In this document: one piece after another, positions 53,246-64,000 of the stretch
Layout: every line of letters starts with the position of its first letter
Position numbering within the stretch: position 1 is the first letter of the stretch
Assembly: GCA_951406725.2 (NCBI GenBank)
Contig: OX597826.1
Location: 30,566,001 to 30,630,000, forward strand
Direction of reading: 5' to 3'
Origin: Octopus vulgaris
Lineage: Eukaryota
DNA: 64,000 nucleotides
Notes under the pieces: model-generated
Seen by the model: the letters and a program-made list of their open reading frames with translations, nothing else
What the model was told of the DNA's origin: nothing
Database searches by the model: none
Position numbers and translations under genes: made by a program

Positions 53246-53792
53246 GGCGTAGACGTGGCTGTGTGGTAAGAAGTTTACTTTCTAGTCACATGGTGCAGGG
53301 TTCAGTCCCGCTGCGTGACACTTTAGGCAAGTGTCTTCTACTATAGACTCGGGTCAACCAAAGCCTTGTGAGTGGATTTGGTACACGGAAACCGAGAGAA
53401 GCCCATCTTAATTGTGTGTGTGTGAGAATGTGTGTGTGTGTGCATGTGTGTGTTTTTGTTTGTGTTGTATTTGTCCTCCACCAACGCTTGAATCGGTGAT
53501 GGTTTGTTTACGTCCCCGTAACTTAGCGATTCAGAAAAGGTGTTCGATAGAGGAAGTAGCAAGTTTAGAAAAATAAGTACTGAGATCGGTTTTTTCAACT
53601 GAACTCTCCAAGGCGGTGCTCCAACATGGGCGCAGTCCAGTCCTCTCTGTGATTAGCCCCTTGTGGGTAGTAAAGAAATAGGTATTTCGTCTGTCTTTAC
53701 TTCTGAGTTCAAATTGCACCGAGGTCGACTTTGTCTTTCATCCTTTCGGAATCGATAAATTAAGTATCAGTTGCATACTGGGTCGATCTAAT
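53246..53792 (+). mobile_element. SINE family 1 fused at about 53640 to a headless family 2 fragment
   Basis: The family 1 tail stops at GCAGTCCAG and continues as TCCTCTCTGTGATTAGCCCCTTGTGGG. Confidence 0.8.
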
Positions 53793-56210
53793 CTATATGT
53801 GTGTGTATCAATGTAATCTATATATGTGTATGTGGCTATGTGGCTATGTGTGTGTATTTATATATGTGTGTGTGTTTGTGTGTATGTGTGTGCGTGTGTA
53901 TGTATATGTTTATGTATGTGTATTGCGGTGAGTATACAGTTATCTAATTGCATCGATCTTGTTATATCCCTATGCTTTATCAATTCTTGGTGAGTGGAAA
54001 GCAAGCAAAACCCTAGTGGAAATTGAACTCAAAGCGCTGTCATAACTAAATACCGCAAAGGCATTTTGTGCAGTAATCTCTACACACTGCATTGTCCTTA
54101 TATATTTCTATAGTATTAATTCGACTAAACGATATGTCCTGAAAGTTCTACATAGTTAATCATCAGTCATGTATGTGTGTGCGCGCGCGCGCAGAGAAAT
54201 CTGTTTTTAATCCGATTCTAGAAGTTTCGAAGGAAGAACATGAGAATAGTTGAAATGGAACTTCGCTTCCAGAATACAATATTTAAGACGTTTAAGACGT
54301 TATTAGTGTTTATGAGTAATCGGTAGGAGTTGGAGACAAATGAGAAGGAAGAAAGAAAGAGAGAGAGAAGGAAAGAAAGAAAGCGAAAGTAAAACAAAAT
54401 TGGGAGAAAAGAAAAGAAGAAATAAAAGAGAGAAAGTAAGAAAGGAAGCCAGAAAAAGGGAAAGAGTAGAAAAACAAAGTTTAGAAGAAAGAAAGAAAGA
54501 AAAGTCTAATGAAGAAATTGAATTGTTTTGTTAACCGAATACCAAGTAGAACTTCCTCTTATGCCCTCCCCCACTGACAATTTATTTCAGCTCCATGATA
54601 GCATTATTAAATGACATTACATGACGGTGAATTAAATAACTGATAGACAACTAAATAAAGTTCCGGACAAAGAACGCGGGCGTTTATTTCAGATTACATT
54701 AAAAAGAAAAATAGAATCTATCGCTGCGTCAGAGATTTCATTACGACTAGTTTAGTTTAGCCCATTATGTAATTTGGTTGTTCTACATATAATGACATTT
54801 TAGCGTTGTTGTTGTTATTGCTGCTGTTGTTGTTGTTACTGTAGTTGCTGCTTTGTTGTAAATCAGCCCTTATTCTAAGACTACAATACTCAGAGGGAAA
54901 GTTATGAACAAAATAAAACAAAGAAAAACAACAAAGAACGCGACAAAAAATAAATGTACAAAATTTATTATGCTACAAAGAAAAGAAGAGACAGCAACGT
55001 TTCGGATAATTGGTTTTTTGTCAAGATTGATAAATAGAGAAGAGAATACAATTAGTTGCATAACGAAGTTGGATATGTGACTTGCAGGAACCGCATAGTT
55101 TTTGACACGGCCTTCCATTTGGAAGACGACATGGTCTTATTAATGACTAGATTTAACAGCAATATCTAACAAATTGATCGAGCAGTCGCAGATGCTTGAT
55201 TGCATTTTAATGCTGTTATTTACCTCAAAGCTAACCAGGCTTGTTGCATTTCTAAAAGTACTTTTTCCAAATTTATCCTTTTTGGACAAGATGAGAAGGT
55301 GTGACTTGTGTGAGATTTGGCTGTTATTTCTACGTAAAGTATCCAATCATATAATTGTTAATTGGCAGTACAAGAAAGTAAATTGAACACTAAAATTAAA
55401 CACTAAAAACAACTAAATTTGAACTCTCTTTATACAGGAAATTCAAATAAAATTTTTATAAGAACTGTTAATTTGCAGCACCGTTTTTTTTTTTCTTTTT
55501 AATGTTTCCTGGTTTGTTTGTTTTTATGGTGATATATCTCACGATAACTAGTTTGGGTTACCTTATTTGTAATTTAGTTCTTAAAGGGCAGCAATTTTGA
55601 GGCGAGTTAGTCGAGACCATAGATTCCAGTTCTTCACCGGTACTTTGTTTTGTCGACCCTGGAAGAATGAAAAGTTGAGGAAATACTGGCAAGAATGTTG
55701 TTCGCTGCCTTTACTTCCTTGAAGATAATGGTTTCAAATTTTGGCACATGTTAGCAAGTTCGTGGGAGGACGTAAGTCGATTACATCGAACCCAGTGTTC
55801 AACTCGTAGTTATTTTATCGACCCCAAAAGGATGAAATGTAAAATCGACCTTGGCAGAATTTGAACTCAGAACGTAAAGACGGACGAAATGCTGCTAAGC
55901 GTTAGTCCAGCGTGCTAACGGTTCTGCCAGATCACGGCCATATGCTTGCTTCAAGATAATAACAGCGATTCAATAGTTTATGCGTATGTAAGGCGGCAAG
56001 TTTGAGAGAGTCGTTAGCACACCAGGCAAAATGCTTAGCGGCTCTTCGTCGCTGATTTGCCTTTTATCTTTTCAGAGTTGATAAAATAAGCACTAGCTGA
56101 ACTCTGGGGTAACTTTAATTGAGTATTTCCCTGAAATTAATAGCCGTGTGCTAAAGTTTGAAACCGACGTTTGAGTATGTGTATAAGTACAAACACACAC
56201 ACACACATTT

Positions 56211-56253
<43 letters not shown>

Positions 56254-57081
56254 AATATATATATATTGCGTTGCTTGTATGTACATATGTTTTTGTTATT
56301 CTACCCAATAAGAATATCTGAAACACCTACGAATATTTTATTTTTTTTAAATGTTTTCGAAATATTTCTTTTCTTTTCTTTTTTATTGAAATCAAATCAG
56401 GTTTCATTCAAAACAATTTTAAAAATAGAATTTATGTTTATTCATAACCAAAATTTAATAATCAATGCTTCTTCCTGAAATGATTTTGAATGTTCTCGTT
56501 ATTATCATAAATCAGTTTAGTGATAATACTGTCAGCAAAATTTCTCAATGATTAAGACTCGTTTTTCCATTTTTAGTTGTTTTTGTTTTTCTCGGTATTG
56601 CAAAAGGAAAAAGACATTAATATTCTTAGCTTCCAAATGTAATTGAATACATCTTTTAATTAATTACCTACCTTAAATTTTCAACCTGATTCAGTTGTAA
56701 GATAATCTCTTACGATAATCCTATAGGTGCATTTATTCCGGTTGAGATTGGTTTTAGTATATAAGAGTAACAAACTCCAGCTCGTTCGTTTTGCTGTGCT
56801 GGGGAAACATTTATAAAACTGATTTGCTTCTTGTAAAAGTTTGCATGAACGCGGCTAATGATAACTAATCAACGAAATTTTATTAATCTTCTCAAATATA
56901 TAATATGAAACATTGATTTACTTCATTCTTTATTTCGAAAACATTCAAACTTGAAATCATAAAATATATAACCAAGCAACCTACCCTTACTCGCCAAAAT
57001 TACTGACCTCCTACTAAAATTTGAAATCATTATTATAACCATGATCTTAATGCGATTTACTGTGATATTAATATCAGGTCA

Positions 57082-57448
57082 AGGCGACGAATTGGCAGAA
57101 ACGTTAGCACGCCGGACGAAATGCTTAAGTACCAGTTACGTACTGGGGTCGATCTACTCGACTCCCTCCAAAATTTTGGGTTTTGTGCCTAGAGTAGAAA
57201 AGTATATTTTTCTTTCTTCCTCAGCGAGCTGGTAGAATCGTTAGCACGCCGGGCGAAATGTTTAGCGGTATTTCGTCTACCGTTACGTTCTGAGTTCAAA
57301 TTCCGCCGTGATCGACTTTGCCTTTCATCCTTTCGGGGTCGATAAATAAAGCACCAGTTACGCACTTGGGTCGATATAATCGACTTAATCCGTTTGTCTG
57401 TCCTTGTTTGTCTCCTCTGTGTTTAGCCCCTTGTGGGTAGTAAAGAAA
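57082..57448 (+). mobile_element. Two adjacent SINE family 2 copies (first internally deleted)
   Basis: Consensus match. Confidence 0.8.
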
Positions 57449-57789
57449 CGCGTTATGGTTTTGAGAAAAACACTTTATTTCACGTTGCCCCAGACCCCTT
57501 AGCTGTAAATAGGTAACATTTTGAGAGATTGACTTACAAGGGATAGAAGGTAACCTGAGAAAATCACTCAGATGGAGGTCTCGCGAACCATGTTTCATAT
57601 TCAGCGATAGAAAAGGTGAATAGTACCACTTGTATCATGAATCCCAACTGGATGGGGTTGGTTGTTCAACCAATTCGAAGAAGGAATGAAAAATGAAGAA
57701 GAGCAGAATTGTGGTGAGAATGGAATCTACGTACGCTGAGTTCAAAAATCTACCAAACGTCAACCTTATCCATCATCAATTCTTATTTA

Positions 57790-58098
57790 TTATTTTACTT
57801 GTTTCAGTCATTTGACTGCGGCCATGCTGGAGCACCGCCTCTTAGTCGAACAAATGGACTCCAGAACTTATTCTTTGTAAGCCTAGTACTTATTCTATCT
57901 GTCTCTTTTTTCGTACTGCTAAGTTACGGGGATGTAAACACACTAGCATCGGTTGTCAAGCGATGATGGGGATGGACAAACAGACACACAAACATACACA
58001 CGCATACACACACATATACGTCAAACTTCTTTCAGTTACCACTACCAGATCCACTCACAGGGCTTTGGTCGTCCCGTGGCAATAGCAGAAGACACTTG
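57790..58098 (-). mobile_element. SINE family 1, 5'-truncated
   Basis: Tail and partial head match. Confidence 0.82.
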
Positions 58099-58794
58099 GA
58101 GAGTGAAATTTCAAACATAGAATGTAGGCGGGACTGTGTAGATAGGTTATAGATAAAGGGGAGACATTTTCTCTCTATGTTATGGGGGCTGTAGAACACT
58201 GGGTTGCCTGAATGTGTAGTTTGGTGTTGGCAGGAAATAAAGTGTAAACTGTAGTTTCGATTAGAACTCACAAACATTTCAACTGGAAACGAAGAATATC
58301 CACTAGATTTACTGTTTATTATTGGCAGAGGCATTTAGGAAACTATTGTTGGTATCAGGGTACTGTGACATTACGAATATCCCTGCTATGAGCCAATTCA
58401 AATGTTTACGATAGACTCAACTCCATTGAAGACACCCATGGGTCAGCGTATTATATTAAACCGGGTGGTCGTCCGGGTATATTTCCAGTAGTAATTACAC
58501 CAACGAATCTACAACTTTTGTGTTCATTTTCCGCTAAGCTTTGACGTTCATCTGACATATTTTAACCAAACGTTTTGTTTAAAGACAACTTCTGTTTTTG
58601 CTTGCCATAAGGACACGAAAGAATGTCTTGTTTTCTTTTTCCTTCTTTTTCCTTTAATTTCAAATATCCGATCACATTATCAACTGAGATCTAAATTCGA
58701 TCATGCGTGTATGCGTGTGTCTTCGTATCTAGTGTCGTTGTATCTAAGCATGTGTATGCATTTGTGTGTATGTGTGTACATAAGTGTGTGTGTA

Positions 58795-58841
<47 letters not shown>

Positions 58842-58920
58842 CATATATGTATGTATATATTGTACATGTGTATATTTTTTTATATAGTAAATATATATAA
58901 TACGTGTGCATGTGTGTTAG

Positions 58921-58971
<51 letters not shown>

Positions 58972-59003
58972 GTATGGATATATATATATATATATATATG
59001 TAT

Positions 59004-59039
<36 letters not shown>

Positions 59040-59419
59040 CTGTGTGTAAATGTGTGATGCATGTATGTGTGACCGTGTGCGTGCCTGTGTGTACCCATGT
59101 CTGTGTGTGTGCACGCACGTGTTGTGTGTGTGTGTGTGTGCTGTACGGGTGGTTAGAATCCCAGATGTTATTGACAAGTTGTTTTAGAATAGAATTTAGA
59201 AAATACCGTAGATTTCGTTCTGTAAATGATTTACAAAGAAGAAAAAGAACCGATTCCATTTGTTCTACAAATGGAATTGATTGGAATTCACCTTTGGTTG
59301 TTTAGTAAACTGCTTGGAGCAATGTGGGAGATAAAATTGGGTATCGATCCAGAACAAAAGATAGATAATTTAGAAAACAGAGAGAGACTGTGAGGGAGAT
59401 GGAGAATGAGTACATGGGA

Positions 59420-60058
59420 AGAGGCGGTGGTGGTGGTGGCTGTGTTGATGGTGGTGGTAATAGTGATGGTGACAGTGTGGGGAGGAAGATGGTGGTGGTT
59501 GTGGTGGCCATGACACTGTTGATGGTGGTAGTAGTGATGGTGGTGTTGGTGGTGGTGATGTGCTGGAGGTGATAAGTAGTGGTGGTAGTGAAAGTTGTGG
59601 TTGTGGCAGTGCTGGTGATGATGGTAGATGTGTGGTGATAGTGGCGACAAGTGGTAATGGTGGTGGTGATGGTAGCCGTGATGGTGGTGGTGATGGTGGC
59701 GGTGATGGTGGCGGCGGTGGTGGTGGTGATGGTGATGGCTATGATGATGGTGGTGGTGGTAGTGGTGGTAGCGGTGGTGATGGTAGTGGTGATGGTGGTG
59801 GTGGTAGTTGTGATGGTGATGATGGTGGTAGTTGTGGTGGTGATGGTAGCCGTGATGGTGGTGGTGATGGTAACGTGATGGTGGTGGTGGTGGTGATGAT
59901 GGCGGCGGCGGTGGTGGTGGCGGCGGTGGTGGTGGTGGTGGTGGTGGCTATGATAATGGTGGTGGTGGTAGCGGTGGTGATGGTAGTGGTGATGGTGGTG
60001 GTGGTAGTTGTGGTGGTGATGATGGTGGTAGTTGTGATGGTGGTGGTGATGGTAGCGT
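59420..60058. repeat. Degenerate (GGT)n region
   Basis: Read directly from sequence. Confidence 0.92.
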
Positions 60059-60612
60059 GAGTAGAAAAGATTATATTATATATTATATACAGGCGCAGGC
60101 ATATCTGTGGGGTTAGGAAGCTCACTTTGCAACCGCATGATTTCGGTTTCCGTTCCACAGTGCAGCATAAGAGTCTTCTACTGTAGCCTCGGGCTTACAG
60201 GTGCTTCGTGAGTGGGTTAGTAGATGGAAACTATATGAATGCCCGTCGTATTAGAATTTTCTTCAGGTCGAATGTACCATCCCGCTCAAAAGGTCCCTGA
60301 ATAAGGGTTGTTTAAGGATATTGAACAAACACACATGTTCCCAGAGTTGAATTATTCAAACCCCAAAGAATTGCTCTTAACACATGGCTATAATGCTCAA
60401 CCTCTACTTCTGCTCGTGAACAGAGATGCACATATCGTCAGCCACTAAGGGACATGCTCAAATAATTAAGGTCAAACAACTGTGATATTGAGCAGAATAT
60501 TTGCTGTAGCACGTCATTTTTATACCAAGACCAAACAATGTACATGATAGCACTTCCAATCAGTTCAGGTCAGAAGTCATGGGAGCCATTTCCTGGTATT
60601 GCATCAGGGCAA

Positions 60613-60662
<50 letters not shown>

Positions 60663-60880
60663 GGTTGTGAGCTGGCGGAATCGTTAGCACGCTGGACGAA
60701 ATGCTTAGCTGTTTTTCGTCTGCCACTACGTTCTGAGCTCAAATTCTGCTGAGGTCGACTTTGCCTTTCATCTTCTCGGGGTCGACAAATTAAGTACCAG
60801 TTGAGTACTGGGATCGATGAGATCGACTGTCCCCCTCCCCACAAAATCTAGACCTTGTGCCTATAGTAGAAAGGATTATT
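60663..60880 (+). mobile_element. SINE family 2 monomer between (TTA)n tracts
   Basis: Consensus match; (TTA)n at 60614-60660 and after 60875. Confidence 0.85.
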
Positions 60881-61331
60881 ATTATCATTGTGCTGTCCAA
60901 TTCATTTCCGACATTGTATACATAAAATGTTCACGTGCAGCTTACAGACAAGATGGATCGCCTATATTATTTTCAACATTAATAGTTTTCGCCTTTTCTG
61001 AATTAAATTCCATTAAATATTAGTTAAATAAATGTCCGGCCATCACAAGTAAAGTCCTTATCCTGTCACCGCGATATCCCACAAGTTAATCTTAATCAAA
61101 GCAATGACAGGAATACATATAGTGTTTCCTCATTAGCAAGGACTATTGATCTTTCCAAAGAAGGCCACTCAAATCTTCTGGAAGACGTTTTGCCGATTCA
61201 ATCAGCGCCATAACATGCCTGTCATCTGGCTTGATGACTTCCTCCCACTTCTCTTTTAGAAATGTGACAAGGGCGTCGGTAGGGACGACCATCTTACAAC
61301 AAGTATTCGGATTATGTCTTAAGGGTCTTTT

Positions 61332-61524
61332 TTGTTTTCTTTCTTTTCTTCCTGCAAGTCTTGGAAGGTTTTCAAAATGATAATTGGTACCAATAGACTT
61401 CGTCTTGTTTCACTAAAACATTTTTACTTGTTTTCATTCTTTTCTTCCTGCAAGTCTTGGAAGGTTTTCAAAATGATAATTGGTACCAATAGACTTCGTC
61501 TTACTAAAACAGTTTTACTTGTTT
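61332..61524. repeat. ~96-bp tandem duplication
   Basis: TTCTTCCTGCAAGTCTTGGAAGG...AGACTTCGTCTT occurs twice. Confidence 0.92.
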
Positions 61525-61719
61525 CAGTCATTGGACTGCGGACATGCTGGGGCACTGCAATGAAGGGTTTGGTCGAACAAATCAACCACAGGTATTTTTT
61601 TTAAGGCTGGTATTTATTCTATCTTTCTCTTTGTCGAATCATTAAGTTACAGGAATGTAGACAAACTAACATCGGTTGTCAAGTGGTGAGGGGAGACAAC
61701 ACAAACACACATATCTTAA

Positions 61720-61783
<64 letters not shown>

Positions 61784-61943
61784 GACGACGGGCTCCTTTC
61801 AGTTCCCGTCTACCGAATCCATTCACAAAGTTTTAGTCGACTCGAAGACATTGTAGAAGACACCCAAAGTGTCAAACAGTGAAATTGAACCCGGGACCAT
61901 GTGGTTGACAACCACACTCTTATCACACAGCCACGCCTGCGCC
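61512..61943 (-). mobile_element. SINE family 1, diverged full length
   Basis: Consensus match. Confidence 0.82.
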
Positions 61944-62265
61944 TAAGATATTTTTATTTTTATTTTTTAAAATATACCGGACACTTTTAAACTACGCCCG
62001 AAAGATAAAAAAAAAAGAAAATATCTTTGTCTTTCCACCCACCCTCACCACCACCAACAACACCGTCGCTTAACAACCAGTGATGGTTTGTTTACGTCCT
62101 CGAAACTTAGCTAGTGACAAGTCAGGACAATAGACTAAGTACGTGGTACCATGCAGTGGAACTGAACGCGGAACCATGTGACTGAGAAGCAAGCTTCTTA
62201 CCACACAACCACACCTGAAATTGTTTTTCTTTGCATCGTTTAGTCCATACCATAGAATGCAGTAC

Positions 62266-62409
62266 CACTAGCGTAGCTGTGGAGGAGCGGTCCACCCCGG
62301 GCGGCGCTTTTGGGTCTACTGTATGCAATATGTATTTTTTGTGGGATCCGGGGGGGGGTGGCACACGGAAGAGGCGCCTCGGGCGGCACACACTCTAGCT
62401 ACGCTAGTG
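62266..62409. mobile_element. 144-bp MITE with perfect 13-bp TIRs, probably hAT-related
   Basis: CACTAGCGTAGCT (62266-62278) / AGCTACGCTAGTG (62397-62409). Flanks TGCAGTAC / AGCAGTTC match at 6 of 8 positions. Confidence 0.78.
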
Positions 62410-62948
62410 AGCAGTTCCTTATTTTACCGTATAATATATCACACTTGTTTCGACTTTAGTCACAATGATGGCAGTTTAGGAAGGACACTTTAGTCGATTA
62501 CAGGTTTCTTTTTAAAAAGAAAATAAGCAACAAGACGGTGCCCCAGCATGGCCGCAGTCTAATGACTGAAACAAGTAAAAAAAAAAACTCATCGCCGACT
62601 GTATTTGAACCATGTAATTATTGATTACGGTTGGACCACCTTATCGAATTCACCCACTGAATTTACCTTGTTGCAGTAAATATTGATTTTCTTAATCACT
62701 AGCATTGACATACGATCACATAATTTATGCGGTTTGCTTCTATACTATAGCCTCGTCTCCACGAGGCTAAATTCGCTCGAATGATTAATATACATAGCTG
62801 ATTGGTACTATATTTTATCGATCTCAAAAGGAACGAAAAATATCATAGAACTCGGCAGGATTCAATCTTAGAACATAAAGGTTCATTAAAACTTTGGAAT
62901 AAATATTTAAAATCAACCACAGCGAACACACATTCATATAATGCCTCA

Positions 62949-63382
62949 AGGCGGCGAGCTGGCAGAAACGCTAGCACACCAGGAGGAATGCTTAGCAGTA
63001 TTTCGTCTGCCGTTACGTTGTGAGTTCAAATTCTGCCGAGGTCGACTTTGCCTTTCATCCTTTCGGGGTCGATTAAATAAGGACCAGTTACGCACTGGGA
63101 TCGATATAATCGACTTAATCCGTTTGTCTGTCCTTGTTTGTCCCCTCTGTGTGTAGCCCCTTGTGGACAATAAAGAAATAAGAAACGTTAGCACGTGGGT
63201 GGAATGCTTACCTCTATTTCGTCTGCCGCTACGTTCTCAGTTCAAATTCCGCCGAGGTCGACTTTGCCTTTCCTCCTTTCGGGGTCGATAAACCAAGTAC
63301 CAGTTGCGTACTGGGGTCGGTCTAATCGACTGGCTTCCCCACCCAAAAAAAAATTTGGGGCCTTGTATCTAAAGTAGAAAAG
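62949..63382 (+). mobile_element. SINE family 2 dimer enclosed by one 15-bp TSD
   Basis: ATTCATATAATGCCT at 62932-62946 and 63383-63397. Confidence 0.88.
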
Positions 63383-64000
63383 ATTCATATAATGCCTTGC
63401 TGTATTCGTTTCAACTCTCTGGGCTCTTAGTTCGAATTCAAGTGGCTGTTAATTTTGGCTTTCCTCATTTTAGTGTCAATAAAATTGTAAGAGTATTGAA
63501 TGGTATACCTTGAGGTACCAATTCCAGATCCGTCCATTCGAGTTCAAATTCCACCCTATCGCCGAAAACAACTGACATTTGTGTTAGGAGTTGCAGCCTT
63601 TAGTATCAGTTTCCCTGATTCGATCAGCCTTTAGTATCGTAGTTTCCCCAGATTCGATCAGAAAATCGACTGCTGCCAGCCATCACACACACGCGCACAC
63701 ACACACACTGGCATGCGGCTATGCTGGAGCACCGCCTTGAAGGACTAAGTTGAACAAATCAACCCCACTTCTTATTTATTTTTAAGTCTGGTACTTTATC
63801 GGTTCCTTTGCCAACTCGCTAGGTTACAAGGGCATAAACAAACGAACATCGGTTGTCAAATGAGGTTGAGAGTTTAATACATGCACAGTTTACGTCTGCT
63901 AATTTCATTCACAAGACATTAATCGGGTCGACTCGGAATTATAGTAGAACATGTCCGGTAAGTTCACCGTCATCAATTCACCGATTTCTTTTCTTTTTCT

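Noticed and set aside
59560-60158. Gly-rich and Pro/Thr-rich ORFs (likewise 40659-41126)
   Set aside because: Degenerate (GGT)n repeats open in several frames on both strands.
61150-61320. Minus-strand peptide TDALVTFLKEKWEEVIKPDDRHVMALIESAKRL resembling a Tc1 transposase C-terminus
   Set aside because: Too short and diverged, with no DDE motif or TIR seen.

Overview
AT-rich, microsatellite-saturated animal DNA with no host protein-coding exon I can support. The repeat landscape suggests a coleoid cephalopod, probably Octopus; this is inferred from recalled repeat families, not tested. The only long real ORFs are two 5'-truncated non-LTR retrotransposons of two distinct families (A 10010-11626 +, B 17224-19210 -). 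Both carry RT, a CCHC zinc knuckle and a PD-(D/E)xK restriction-like endonuclease, resemble R4/Dong, and sit inside (TAA)n tracts. Two further short copies lie at 8119-9110. The rest is dozens of tRNA-derived SINEs (at least five families), decayed Penelope-like (PLE), Tx1/L1, CR1, RTE and mariner fragments, a hAT-like MITE and a Helentron-type element. Nearly all other ORFs in the track are microsatellite artefacts. The most interesting unexplained signal is a set of short non-coding elements, mostly lodged in (TA)n tracts and sometimes as long inverted or direct repeats, which repeatedly carry hammerhead-ribozyme-like cores (CUGANGA / stem II / GAAA / NUH with paired stem I). These may be PLE pseudo-LTRs or retrozyme-like elements. 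All calls were made by eye; repeat boundaries are approximate.
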